Part shown: positions 14,501-27,034 of the stretch, piece after piece | How the letters are laid out: each line of letters opens with the position of its first letter | Position numbering within the stretch: position 1 is the first letter of the stretch | Assembly (NCBI GenBank): GCA_964016885.1 | Contig: OZ024741.1 | Coordinates: 400,830,001-400,894,000 of the forward strand | DNA: 64,000 bases | Direction: 5' to 3' | From: Eledone cirrhosa | Lineage: Eukaryota | Program-made: the position numbers and the translations under genes | The notes under the pieces: generated by a model | Told to the model about the DNA's origin: nothing | Seen by the model: only the letters and a program-made list of their open reading frames with translations | The model's database searches: none

Positions 14501-16366
14501 AACATGTGTTGGGGGTGAGGCAGGAGTTTCCAACAGTATTGTGTACCATATAAGTGGTGCCTGATGTGCAATAGCATGTGGTGGAGGTGAGACAGGAGTT
14601 TCTAACAGTAATGTCTACATTATAGGAGGTGCCAGATGTACAATAACATGTGGTGGATGTGAGACAGGTGTCTCTGACAGTAATGTGTACCATATAGAAG
14701 GTGCCAGATGTACAATAACATGTGGTGGAGCTGAGACAGGAGTTTCTGACTGAAATATGTACCATATAGGTGGTCCCAGATGTACAATAACATGTGGTGG
14801 AGGTGAGACAGGAGTTTCTGTCAGTAATGTGGTCTACAATATAGGTGATGCCAGATGTACAATAACATGTGGTGGAGTTGAGACCGGAGTTTTTGACAGT
14901 AATGTGGTGTACCATATAGGTGGTGCCAGATGTACATAACATGTGGTGGAGTTGAAACAGGATTTTCTGACAGTAATGTGATATACAATATACGTGATGC
15001 CAGCTGTACAATAACATTTCGTGGAGGTGAGACAGGAGTTTCTGACAGTAATATGCCATATAGGACGTACCAGCTGTACAATAATATGTTGTGGAGGTGA
15101 GACAGGTGTTTCTGACACTAATGTGCACCTTATAGGAGGTGCCAGATGTACAATAACATGTGGTGGGGGTGAGGCAGGAGTTTCTGACCATAAGGTGTAC
15201 CTTATAGGATGTGCCAGATGTACAATAACATGTGGTGGCAGTGAAACAGGAGTTTCCAACGGTAATGTGTACTTTATAGGAGGTGCCGGATGTACAATAA
15301 CATGTGGTGGAGGTGAGACAGGAGTTTCTGACACTAATGTGGTGTACCATATAGGTGATGCCAGATTCATAATGACGTGTGGACGTGAGACAGGAGTTTC
15401 TGACAATAATGTGTACCATATAGGAAGTGCCAGATGTACAATAACATGTGTGGAGATGAGACAGGAGTTTTTGACAGTAATGTGTACCATATAGGTGATG
15501 CCAGATGTACAATAGCATGTGTGGTGGACGTGAGACAGGAGTTTTGACAGTAATGTGTACCTTGTAGGTGGTGCCAGATGTACAATAACATGTGGAGGTG
15601 GAGGTGAGACAGGAGTTTCTGACAGTAATGTGTACCTTATAGGAGGTGCCAGATGTACAATAACATGTGGTGGATCTGAGACAGGTGTCTCTGACAGTAA
15701 TGTGTACCATATAGAAGGTGCCAGATGTACAATAACATGTGGTTGAGTTGAGACCGGAGTTTTTGACAGTAATGTGGTGTACCATATAGGTGGTGCCAGA
15801 TGTACAATAACATGTGGTGGAGGTGAGACAGGAGTTTCTGACAGTAATGTGTACCTTATAGGAGGTGCCAGATGTACAATAACATGTGGTGGAGGTGAGA
15901 CAGGAGTTTTCTGACAGTAATGTGTACCTTTTAGGAGGTGCCAGATGTACAATAACATCTGGTGGAGGTGAGACAGGTGTTTCTGACAGTAATGTGTACC
16001 ATATAGGAGGTGCCAGATGTACAATAACATGTGGTGGAGGTGAGACAGGAGTTTCTGACAGTAATGTGGTGTACCATATAGGTGATGCCAAATGTACAAT
16101 AACATGTGGTGGAGGTGAGACCAGAGTTTCTGACAGTAATGTGGTGTACCATATAGGTGGTGCCAGATGTACAATAACATGTGTTGCAGTGAGATAGGAG
16201 TTTCTGACAGTAATGTGTACCATATAGGTGGTGCCAGATGTACAATAACATGTGGTGGAGGTGAGACTGGATTTTCTGACAGTAATCTGTACCTCATAGC
16301 AGGTGCCAGATGTACAATAACATGTGGTGGAGGTTAGACAGGAGTTTCTGACAGTAATGTGTACCA
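2543..16366. repeat. Satellite array A, 72-bp monomer (75-bp and 70/71/74-bp variants), roughly 190 copies, with ~3-kb higher-order structure
   Basis: Consensus gtgtaccatataggtggtgccagatgtacaataacatgtggtggaggtgagacaggagtttctgacagtaat repeated throughout. Matching ORF-track peptides recur at offsets of 2911 and 2994 bp. Confidence 0.97.
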
Positions 16367-16431
16367 AAGTTACCTTGGTGTAAATGTAATAACATAAAAC
16401 CTGAAGTTTGTTCTCATTTACAACATTGTCA

Positions 16432-16830
16432 AATTCTTCTTCTCTTCTTCTCCCACTTATTCTTAAGAGGGTCATGGGAGCAGAGTCCTCAAACACTCCT
16501 TTGAGTGGGTCTTGTCAGAAACAACTATTTCCAACTGATCCGGCCATATCCCCAAGCTTACTACCTAACCCATGGATGTTATCCATCCAACTTGCTCTGG
16601 GTCTCCTGCCGGTTGATTTTGCCTGTAATATCTATCCAACGATTTTATCCTGAGACATTCTAACCTCATACCCATAGAAGCGGAGCTGTGATCTCTCACT
16701 TCGCAGAAGTAGCAGCTCTACCCGAAGCGACTCTGTGATCTCCAAGCTACAAATCTGTCCAGTGGTTCTTTCCTGAGACATTCTAACCCCATGCCCATAG
16801 TATCAGAGCTGTGATCTCTTATTTTCAAAT
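16432..16830 (-). mobile_element. RTE-clade LINE 3' fragment (family with (GAA)n tail), degenerate
   Basis: Reverse complement aligns by eye to 21760-22043 (gaggactctg...aggaataagtgggagaagaagaag); ttcttcttct tail at ~16435. Confidence 0.75.
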
Positions 16831-17240
16831 TGCCCATCATCCTTAAATATTCAAATTATTCCCCTGTGAAGCAATTTGAATATTTAAGTGGAGGATCACT
16901 GGTCTAATTATACATCCTCTGCATTTCCTTCTTGTTCATGTTTTCTTTCCTGCTAATCTTCTAATTCAGGGGTCTCAAACTTGCAACCCACAAACTACTT
17001 TTCTATAGTCTGCAACATAACTATTTCTGTAACTAATAATAATTGTTTCAACTTTAGGCACAAGGCCAGCAATTTGAAGGGGGATGGGAAAGTCAATTAA
17101 ATGAATACCCTGAAATGAATACCATGAAGCACTCTATCCAATGTTTGCTGCCATTTTGCTGCTAAAACTTGGTAATTTGCCCCACATACCTTCCATACTC
17201 TAGCAGCAACAGCAGCAGTATTAAGGTTGATGCGCCAACC

Positions 17241-17440
17241 TAATAATTGTTTCTACATTTGGCACAAGGCCAGCAATTATCCCAGTACATTACTGGTACT
17301 TTATTTTATCGACCCCGTAAGGGTGAAATGCAAAGTTAACCTCGGGGGGATTTGAACTCAGAATGGCAAAAGTCAAAACTCTATGTGTCAAAGTATCGTA
17401 TCCAGCCCTCTACCGATACTGCTAATCCATTGCCAACCTA
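17241..17440 (-). mobile_element. tRNA-derived SINE family 1 (ggggtcgataaaataaagtaccagt core, (TTA)n tail); tail-only fragment also at ~17035-17075
   Basis: Reverse complement matches the SINEs at 30514-30930, including B-box-like gagttcaaatcc. Confidence 0.85.
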
Positions 17441-17744
17441 ATAATACAAATAGACAATCAATTTTAAGATCAGCCAGGATCTGCCCATATTTCTCCCCAG
17501 GGAAGTTGTAGAATGTACTTCAATATTTCAGTCCCCTTCACTTCAAGATGAAAAGTTGAAATATATCCATTAAAAGTAGAAATATATCCATTAAAATATA
17601 TCCATTAAACATAGAAATATATCCATTAAAAACTAAAACATTTTTAATAAGAACATTATTGAAATTTCCATTGTCTTTGTTTCAAAGACTTACTATGGTG
17701 GAGGGTTGACTGAGATTATAGAAAACTAACATACAACAGAAGTT

Positions 17745-18375
17745 AACTGATATTGGTGTGGAGGAGGGTGTATTTAAGATGACACAACTAACACACACAG
17801 CACAAGATGGGGACATTGTTTAATAACATAAGAAGGGGTAGACTTGACAACTGATATTGGTGTGGAGGAGGGTGTATTTAAAATGACACAACTAACACAC
17901 ACAGCACAAGATGGGGACATTGTTTAATAACATAAGAAGGGGTAGACTTGACAACTGATATTGGTGTGGAGGAGGGTGTATTTAAGATGACACAACTAAC
18001 ACACACAGCACAAGATGGGGACATTGTTTAACCCTTTAGCATTTAAACTGGCCATATCTGGCCAGAATTCTCTAACCTCTTTCTGTTCAAACTGGCCATA
18101 ACTGGCCACTCATACTGAAGTTAAGGTATTGTTCTCAAAATAAATAACATCAAAATCTCAGAGATTCGATATAATGTGAGGTAATTATGTAAAATAAAGC
18201 CTTTACCACAAATATACAATAGTATATATCAAGTAATGTAAATGTTAAAGGGTTAATAATGTGAGAAGGGGTAGATTTGACAACTGATATTGGTGTGGAG
18301 GTGGGTGTATTTAAGATGACACAAATAACACACACAACAGAAGTTGGGGACATTATTTGTTTAATAACATAAGAT
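17745..18375. repeat. 104-bp tandem repeat (~4 copies; third interrupted by MITE)
   Basis: aactgatattggtgtggaggagggtgtatttaagatgacacaac...gaaggggtagacttgac starts at 17745, 17849, 17953 and ~18281. A further fragment lies at ~18615-18650. Confidence 0.9.
18032..18252. mobile_element. piggyBac-like MITE (221 bp) with TTAA target duplication
   Basis: TTAA (18028-31) ccctttagcattta ... taaatgttaaaggg TTAA (18253-56); 14-bp TIR with 1 mismatch. Neighbouring repeat units show the empty site (acattgtttaataacat). Confidence 0.9.
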
Positions 18376-18409
18376 GGTAGATTTCTGGTGTGGGTGGTGT
18401 CCTTAACAA

Positions 18410-18615
18410 CAGTTTTATAGGCAAAACCAGCTGGCAGGACACCCAGGGGTAGACTCCAAGAAAGTTGGTTGGATAACATCCATGATCATGGCTGGTCTCA
18501 CTTGAAGATTCAGCCGGATCAGTTGGAAACCGTTGCTTCTGACAGGACCCATTGGAAGGAGTGTTTGAGGACTCTGCAACCACATCCCCTTCAGAAGTGG
18601 GCGAAGGAGAGGAAG
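18410..18615 (+). mobile_element. RTE-clade LINE 3' end fragment ((GAA)n-tail family)
   Basis: cccaggggtagac...tggttggataacatccatga...gacccattggaaggagtgtttgaggactctgc matches 21865-22043. Confidence 0.8.
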
Positions 18616-18644
18616 ACACACAACTAACATACAACAGCAGATGG

Positions 18645-20000
18645 GGACAATGGTTATGCCGTCTGGCCTTTTGCCATCCCCTTGGTCCAGCCCCACAGGC
18701 TGAAGCGGCGGGGGGAAGCCTGCAGCATCCAAGCCGTGCTTTATGACCTCGTTGAGAGCAGCATCGAAGGTGGCTGGCACTGTAGCGACAGGAAAGCGAG
18801 TGGAGGCCAAAAGAGTCCACGGTGGATCTGTAGCGACATTTGTGGGACTCGCAGATCTGGTGTCTGAGCCTCCAGGAAACCCCGATGCGCAGGCTATCAT
18901 TGCCCAGCTGCGTGCCAGTGGAGAAGGAGGGTAAGGCATGGAGCCAGGCACCACTGTGGGGTTGCAAGGCCGTGCAGAAACATGCAAGATGGTGCTGGTT
19001 GAGCTGGCATGCTAGCCTGTCTGAGGCCAGGCTGCACTGGATGGCATCCCAAATACTCTGGGGTGAACTTGACGTCAACAGGGGGAGAAGGAGGAGGGAC
19101 GTCTACTGGGTTAAATCCTAGCCAGTTCCACGTCTCACAGGCAACCTCATGTTCCTTGATCATAGCAGGTTCTATTGTGTTTAGGAGAACCTTGTTGATG
19201 AGGACATGGCATGAGGTTACCGAAAAAAGAAACACTGACAAAGCCAGTCAGACCAGAGGCCAAGGCCACCATATTTAATAGGTTAGGTGGCCTGTTGTCA
19301 TCCAAGGTCATCATACCTGATGCTGTATATCTACTCAGCTGCCAGATACAAGTGTCAAGGACAGCAAGGAGAGATGCGTGGCTGTAGCAGGGAGCACTAT
19401 GTAGTGTGTAGAGGAGCTTTGGCATGACAAAGAGTTCCTCCACAGGAATAGGGCTGGGTGGGCATCAATCAGTCTGCTCGTGAGGGTCTTGAGCTGCTGG
19501 AGCCTAGACCTTATGGTAGAGAGGATGGCTGGCGGGTGGATTGGTGACCTGAGGATGAGGACACCCTCTTTAGGGGTCACCTGTACCGGGAGGAGAATAT
19601 ATTGCATGTCCAAGACGGAAGCTGCAACTTGGATGAGTTGACCTCGAGGCCAATTCTTGCCAGAGGAAGAACCACTAATTGTAGGTTGAGGCAGAGAGTC
19701 TCCACAGGCCCACTCAACGAAACATCATCCAGGTACCAAATGGCGAGAAGAACCATGATACTCCAAGCAATGTGGTCTATACCAAGAGTAAAGAGGAGGG
19801 GGCCCAAAGGATCAACTTGTTGGACCCCAGTGGCTGAAGGTATGACTGGGTCAGCAGGCAGGAGCATGCTCGAGGCTCCATATGACAGGTAGGCAGAGGA
19901 GGCTCGGCTGAGGCAAGCCTCGAGCAGATGGTCACGGCATAGACAGTTAAAGGCATTCCTCATGTTAAGCTTGACAATGAAGTGCCTGGAGGCCTAGATG
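18645..20000 (-). mobile_element. Degenerate CRE-like (RLE-type) non-LTR retrotransposon: RT, zinc knuckle and start of restriction-like endonuclease
   Basis: Frameshifted pieces: KLNMRNAFN, GVQQVDPLGPLLF, WYLDD, IGLEVNSSK (RT); [11 protein letters not shown]...[11 protein letters not shown]; [19 protein letters not shown] (RLE PD motif). Confidence 0.8.
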
Positions 20001-20189
20001 TCGATTCCGGTGGGCAGCTATTGAAGAAATATGATATTATTATGATGTTATTATTATTCACTCACAAATACATTTAGGTCATGTTAAGAGTGAAAACAAA
20101 TTTTGTTTATATATAAATATATCATCATTATCATCACCACTGTTTAACATCCATTTTTCCACACTGGCATGGGTTAGACGAATATATAT

Positions 20190-20605
20190 ATCATCATCAT
20201 CATCATCATTTTACGTTCGCTTTTCCCTGCTTGCAAGGGTTGGACAGCTCCTATTCAGCCCAGCATCTTTCCACTTGTCACAGTCCTTTGTCATCTCCTC
20301 CGTGAGTTTCAGCGATCTGAGGTCTGCTCTCACCACCTCCGCCCATGTTTCTCGTGGTCTTCCTTCTACTGGGATTTCTTGGCATTTCTTTACCCAGCGG
20401 TCATCCTCCATGCGCATCACATGTCCATACCATATCAGTCTTCTATCCTGCACACCACAACGTATCCCTCTTATACCCAGTTTCTCTCTCAACTCGTCTA
20501 TGCTTGGTCGTTCATACACATTGACATTGTACATCCAATGGAGCATACTTGCTTCATTTCTCTCCAGCCGTCGCATATCCTCTGCAGTTGCCGCCCATGT
20601 ATACC
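20190..20605 (-). mobile_element. RTE-clade LINE 3' fragment, (GAT)n-tail family
   Basis: Peptide RRLERNEASMLHWM...RRLIWYGHVMRM...GRPRETWAEVVRADL...DKWK, typical of the RTE ORF C-terminus; stop immediately followed by (gat)n. Confidence 0.88.
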
Positions 20606-20807
20606 AATAAATAATATATATGTATATATATATTATTTATTCCTTATCATCAAAATTAATATTAAAAATAATTATCGTGTATAATTATTTAAAATTTTTT
20701 TACCCAAATTTTTTTAGAGAAGGGCCTCAAATTTCATTTAGCTTAAGGCCTCAACAGGATAAATTCTGGCCCTGGAGAAAGGGTCGATTTGACAATTCAT
20801 ATTAGTA

Positions 20808-21036
20808 TGACATGTGATGCACATGGAGGATGCCAAGAAATCCCAGTAGAAAGAAGACCATGAAAAACATGGGCGGAGGTGGTGAGAGCAGACCTCAGAT
20901 CGCTGAAACTCACGGAGGAGATGACGAAGGACCGTGACAAGTGGAGAGATGCTGAATAGGACCCGTCCCACCCTTGCAAGCAGGGAAAAGCGGACGTAAA
21001 ATGATAATGATGATGATGATGATGATGATGATGATG
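20808..21036 (+). mobile_element. Second RTE (GAT)n-tail 3' fragment, inverted relative to 20190-20605
   Basis: catgggcggaggtggtgagagcagacctcagatcgctgaaactcacggaggagatgac is the reverse complement of ~20290-20347; (gat)n tail at 21001-21036. Confidence 0.88.
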
Positions 21037-21299
21037 TATACTTGAGCTGACAGACAACTAACACACACAATACAAAGAAATTTGATGGAAATCACATCCT
21101 CACCCCATATTTGAACTGCTGTGTCTCTTCCCCATGACGTAATGGCCCCTTTTGGTCATTGAGTTTGAAACCCCTGTTCTAATTGAACATCAACCAGAAT
21201 TGATATTACCAGAATCAGATGGCCTAAAATGACCATGGTCACTGTTTCTCAGTTGATCACATAAACAACAACAACAACAACACTGTCTGTAGATATCTA

Positions 21300-22043
21300 T
21301 ATTTTTGCTACATTAGATCTCTGACATGATAGGTTTGATGCCAAGTGCTGCACGGCAGGAATGAAAATCTGTGCTATAAACACTGAGACACTTGTCCTCT
21401 CAACATAGCTTGAGCGGTGCATTCTACATGTGAATGGAGTTCTCCTTCAGCAAGTGGAGAAGTTCAAGCACCTCAGAGCTGTATTCACAAGTGATGGAAG
21501 GCAGGAAGCTGAATTAAGTGCTAGAATTGCAGGAGCTGGTGCAGTAATGCACCAACTTCAGCATTCAATAATCAGAAGGGAGGTAGATGTAAAAGCCAAA
21601 ATCGCTATCTTCCATTCACTTACCTATGGTCATGAATCTTGAGTAATGACTGAAAGAATACGACTGCGAATTCAAGCGGCTGAAATGGGTTTCCTCTGAA
21701 GGGTCTTTGGGGTAATATTACTCAATAGAGTGTGTAGCTCAGAGATGAGAGAGTCACTCCAGGTAGATCCGCTACTTCCCCGAATTGAAAAGTCACATCT
21801 CCGATACTATGGGCATGGGGATAGAATGTCTCAGGAAAGAATCTCTGTACAGATTTTACAGGAGACCCAGGAGTAGACCCTGAACAAGATGGTTGGATAA
21901 CATCCATGAGCTTGGCTGGTCTTGTTTAGGGATCCAGCTGGATCAACTGGAGATGACGGTTGTTTCTGACAGGACCCATTGGAAGGAGTGCTTGAGGACT
22001 CTGCCCTCGCGACCCTCTCAGGAATAAGTGGGAGAAGAAGAAG
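21300..22043 (+). mobile_element. RTE-clade LINE 3' part ((GAA)n-tail family), decayed
   Basis: LQQVEKFKHL..FTSDG, LTYGHES*VMT, IQAAEMGFL*RV motifs with in-frame stops; ends gaagaagaag. Confidence 0.85.
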
Positions 22044-22119
22044 CTACATCATATTTGATTGTTTTCCCTAATAAATAAGATGTTGTCTATCTCTCTGTCA
22101 ACCTATATGTCTACCTACC

Positions 22120-24829
22120 CAACAACAGATGGCGCCACTCTCTCAAGAGAGCAATTAGAGTAGAGTCGATAGCTTGTAGCAAAGAATTAGCCTTAGAGAA
22201 AAACAAAACAGAAAGAGAACTAGTAGCCAAGGTAGAGGAGGTGCTTAGGAGTGGCAACGCAGGTAGAGTGCTAGCAACGAGAACGGCACTGGACCAGTTC
22301 TTCGATGTGAAACACGAAGGCTGCGTGGTCAGAAGTAAATCACGTGCTCTAGGAAACGAGGGAGCAAAAGCTGTTAGCTGGGCCCGAGTGGCGGAAGCGA
22401 AAAGTGGCAACAAGTCCACGATTCGGTCTTTGAAAGACCAAAACGGATGTCTGCTGCTTGACTCCAAGCTCATGTGCACGGCCTTTCAGTGGCACTTTGC
22501 GCAACTGTTGGAGCAGAGAGGTGGTGTACCGAAAGTGGCAATGGACTTCGGTTCATACCTTGTCGGCCTGCCGCATCTCTCGAGCAGAGACGCCGAGTTC
22601 TGCAAAAGACCGATCACAGCCACTGAGATACGGGACGCTCTGGGCCGCTGCGAGAAATGCAGATCACCCAGTCTAGATGGTCTACCCTATGAGTTTTACA
22701 TAGGCATGTCGGACTTGTTCTCTGGCGTCCTCGAACTGGTAGTAGAAACGGGAGGATTCTCAGTTCTGTAGGCAGAGGCGTAGAAACGCTGATCAGGAAA
22801 GATGAGAACAAGGGGGGATGAAATAAGCAATTTCAGGCCCATAACTCTGCTCAACACAGAGTTAAAGTTTTGGGCCAAGGTGTTAGCAGCGAGGCTGGTG
22901 CTTGTCGTCAAGAACATGGTAGGGGAAGCGCAAACGTGTGCAATCCCGACCAGGTCCATACACGACAACCTCCACCTCATGCGATACATCATAGAGAGGG
23001 TAGGGTGTAAACCTGGCTTCGGTGGGGCTCTGATCAATTTAGATCAATCTAAGGCATTCGATAAGGTCGACCATCAATACTTGGAAGTGGTTCTCAAGGC
23101 GGCCGGTTTCGGACCCGTCTTCAGAGGCTGAATCAAAGCAATGCACACCAACATCTGCTCGACGGTAAAGGTGAACAGCTACCTATCGGAGCCATTCGCA
23201 ATCACGCGTTCCATCCGACAGGGATGCCCTCTCTTCTCCATTCTGTATGTACTGACTCTAGAGCCACTACTGCGGAAGTTGGAGCTTCTGCGGGGCATCC
23301 CGTTGGAACCGGGGCTGCGGAAAGTGGCGTCGGCTTATGCCGACGACGTAACAGTAATTGTGTCGGAAACCTCGGAAATCAGGGTTATCGGTAACTTACT
23401 GCAGGAATACAAAAGTTTCAGAGGTGCAAAACTGAACCTGGACAAGTCTGTCGGTTTGCAGCTCGGAACGTGGAGAGGCAAACCGATGCCGTCCAAAAAC
23501 GTTGTCGGACGCTGGACGGAAGGACCGGTGAAATTGCTCAGGGTCTGGTTCGATCCGGATCTCCAGGTGGAGAAAAACTGGAACGAGGTCACGGCCAAGA
23601 TATTTGCACTCACCCAGAAGTGAGCAAAGAGCAAACTATCGTTGAAAGTTCGAGCAGAGGTGGCGAACACTTTCATAGCGTCCGTCATCTACTACCGCTT
23701 GACCGTCGTGCTTTGTCCCCGTGAATACCTCACCAAGATGGAACGCATGCTCTTCCAGTTTCTTTGGAAGAAGCAGGCTCCACTGGCGAAGAGATCCGTC
23801 TGCTGTCAACACCCTTTCAATGGAGGGCTGGGAATGTCATGGCTGATGATGAGCAAACATGCCCTGAGGTTACCGTTTGTGAGACAGGTCTCCCCGCAAC
23901 TTGTCTCGCTGACGGAGCTGCAGTCCTGGGTCAAGTGGAGACCGAAGAAAATCGGCGCTTGGCACATTGAATGCGCTCAGGCGCTCACAGTTCTCTGTCA
24001 AGCGGGCACAGCAATCAGTGGAGACTCCACTTCGACATTCAGAGACTCTGGGCGTCGAAGACGACAAGCTCACCAGTCTGTTTGGTAGGACTATCCGCCC
24101 GGGACCTATGGACAACTCCCAGAGGTCCCTGGCCTGCCAGTGCTACCGAGGAGCTCTACCAGTTCGAGACAAGATCTACAGGTACGGAAGCCCCGGCAGG
24201 GATCCTTCTAAGAGGACGTGTCCAAGATGCGAGCAGGACATTGAAACCGTCCTGCACGCAATTGTACACTGCCTGGGCGTAGCTGACCTGTGGAACTACG
24301 CAGAACAACTGCTGTAGCGTATGGGACAAATCCAGTTGACTGCCGAGTCCATAGTAAGGATCAAACCGCCAACTTCTTTCAAAAACGAATGAGAGGTGGT
24401 TTTCCTCTGTACAGTGGCTATGGTAAAAGAGGTTATATGGTGGCCGAGATTGAGAGGACTGAGGACAGATGCCTTTCTCTCCGGACAACAACCCATTCCC
24501 TTTTTTAGAGAGAGACACTGCACCCCAGTAAATTTACTGAAAGGTGGATGAATGTGGCAAAAAGTGGCCCGAGTGGCTTGTATATAAACCTGTAGGTTGA
24601 AGAGGAGAGCAAAAGGAAGAAAGGAGCACATGCACAACACGCTCCTGAAGTTGAGGGTTGTTCTATCGACGGCGTATTAAACAACCCATTTGTAACGCCT
24701 CCCCCTTATTGGGAATTTCGATTGTTAAATTTGTTTGTTTTATATTTTTACACGACTGTATGTAAAATCCCCGGCATGTGTCTTTGTATTGCCCCCTTTT
24801 CTTGTGCGCCCTTGTGGCTAATAAAGAAA
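22120..24829 (+). mobile_element. Tx1/L1-clade LINE copy 1, 5'-truncated ORF2 pseudogene
   Basis: SPSLDGLPYEFY, NFRPITLLNTELK, LDQSKAFDKVDH, RQGCPL, AYADD and C-terminal CPRC...ETVLHAIVHC zinc knuckle, with stops and frameshifts. AATAAA at 24820. Confidence 0.93.
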
Positions 24830-24903
24830 TATACCTATATCTCTGTCTGTCTCTCTGTCAACCTACGGATGATGGCAGTGGAGATTTCAAACTTACAATG
24901 ATT

Positions 24904-27034
24904 GGCAGAGGTGTAGTAACGCTGATCAGGAAAGATGAAAACAAGGGGATGAAATAAGCAATTTCAGGCCCATAACTCTGCTCAACACAGAGTTAAAGAT
25001 TTTGGCCAAGCTGTTAGCAGCGAGGGCGGCGCTTATCGTCGAGAACCTGGTAGGGGAAGCGCAAACGTGTGCAATCCCGACCAGGTCCATACACGACAAC
25101 CTCCACCCCGTGCGATACATCATAGAGAGGGTAGGGTGTAACCCTGGCTTCGGTGGGGCTCTGATCAATTTAGATCAATACTTGGAAGTGGTTCTCAAGC
25201 CGGCCGGCTTCGGTCCCGTTTTCAGAAGCTGGATCGCTACCATGCACACCAGCATCTGTTCGGCAGTCAAGGTGAATGGCTACCTATCGGAGCCATTACA
25301 AATCATGCGTTCCATCCATCAGGGGTGCCCTCTCTCCTCCATTCTGTATGTACTGACTCTCGAGCCATTACTGCGGAAGTTGGAGCTATTGCAGGGCATC
25401 CCAATCGAACCAGGATTGCGGAAAGCAGCGTTGGCCTATGCCGACGACATAACCGTAATGGTGTCGAAAACCTCAGACATCGGGGTAATCGGCAACCTAT
25501 TACAGGAATACGAAACGTTGACAGGAGCAAGACTAAACCCAAATAAATTTGTCGGTTTGCAACTCGGCACATGGAGAGGCAAACCCATGCCTTCCGACAG
25601 TGTCGTTGGACGCTGGACAAAAGGACCGGTGAAATTGCTCGGGGTCTGGTTTGGTCCAGACCTCCAGGTGGACAAGAACTGGAACGAGATTACGGCGACG
25701 GTGTTTGCACTCACCCAGAAGTGGGCTGAGTGCAAACTCTCCTTGAAAGGTCGAGCGGAGGTGGCGAACACTTACATAGCGTCCGTCATCTACTACCGCT
25801 TGACAATCGTGCCTTGTTACCGCGAATACCTCACCAAAATGGAACGCCTACTCTTCAAGTTCCTCTGAAAGAAACAGGGTCCATTGGTGAGGAGATCTAT
25901 CTGCTGTCAACACCCTTCTAACGGAGGGCTGGGCAAGCCATGGCTGATGATGCGCAAACACGCGCTGAGGCTACACTATCTCCAGGTATTCCTGACCGGC
26001 GAACCGGTGTGGCTGTCGTTTGTGAGACAAGCTCTTCCACAACTCGTCTCACTAACAGAGCTACAGTTCTGGGTCAAGCGCTCACAGCCCTCTACCAAGC
26101 GGAAATGGCAATCAGCGGAGACTCCACTTCGATATTCTATAGGGGATTAGTGAAGGATAAGTGCGACGACGTTCTCGGGGGAACTCTAGGCATCGAGGAA
26201 GACGAACTGACCAGTCAGTTCGGGAGGACTTTCCGTCCAGGGCCTATTGATAACTTCCAGAGGTCTCTGGCCTGGCAGTGCTACCGAGGAGCTCTACCAG
26301 TTCGAGACAAAATCTACAGGCACGGACGCCCTGGCAGAGATCCTGCCAAAAGGACCTGTCCAAGATGCGAGCAGGACATCGAAACCGTTCTGCACGCAAT
26401 TGTTCAGTGCCCAGGGTGACCGACCTGTGGAATTATGTCCTACAGCTACTGCCACGTGTAGATGCATCCAGTTGTCAGCCGAGTCCATTGTGAGGATCAC
26501 CCCGCCGCCTTCATTTAAGAATGAAGGAGAGGCGGTTTTCCTCTGTCTCGTGGCTATGGCGAAAGAGGTAATATGACGGACGAGGTTAAAAGGACTGAGG
26601 GCAAACACTTTTCTCTCCGGACAACAACTCATCCCCTTCTTTATGCGTCACTTCAGAAGGAAGGGGAGAGTGGATAGAGAGGTGTTACACCCCAGTAAAT
26701 TCGCTGAAAGGTGGGTGAATGTGGCGAAAATGGCCCCAGTGAACGGGCGTTCTCTGTATATAAACCTGTAGCTTGAGAAAGATAAACAGAGGAAAGACGG
26801 GAACACCTACAAAACGTGTTCCTGGTGTTGAGGGTTGTTCTATCCACGGGGTGTAAAACAACCCCGCAGTAGCGTTACCTCCCCCCCCCCCCCCCCCTCC
26901 AATGGGAATTTCAATTGTTTTATTTTTATATAGTTTATTGTTATTTATCATTGTTAAAGATTTTATGTAAAAGCCCCGCCGTCACGTCTTGTAATGTCCC
27001 ATTTTTGTACGCCCCTGTGACAAATAAAGAAAGA
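24904..27034 (+). mobile_element. Tx1/L1-clade LINE copy 2, 5'-truncated ORF2 pseudogene
   Basis: Collinear with copy 1 from 22771; HQGCPLS, AYADD, CPRC...ETVLHAIVQC. AATAAA at 27023; same ...ataaagaaa terminus. Confidence 0.93.

Larger units (their letters stand above)
16967..21176. mobile_element. Non-autonomous hAT element (4210 bp) containing nested insertions
   Basis: Left TIR caggggtctcaaact (16967) and right TIR agtttgaaacccctg (ends 21176) match 14/15. Identical 8-bp TSD ttctaatt at 16959-16966 and 21177-21184. No transposase seen. Confidence 0.85.

Noticed and set aside
2535-16496. Long ORFs (up to 882 aa) with Cys/Thr-, Pro- or His-rich repeats
   Set aside because: The 72/75-bp unit is a multiple of 3 and stop-free in several frames at once. 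Monomers of 70/71/74 bp shift frame freely, so no frame is maintained. These are satellite artefacts.
16432-22043. Oppositely oriented RTE fragments flanking the hAT element as a composite transposon
   Set aside because: The family is abundant (four fragments in this window), the copies are diverged and of different lengths, and no shared outer TSD is seen.
22120-27034. Active LINE or domesticated RT gene
   Set aside because: Both copies are 5'-truncated (no ORF1 or endonuclease) and contain stops, frameshifts and deletions.
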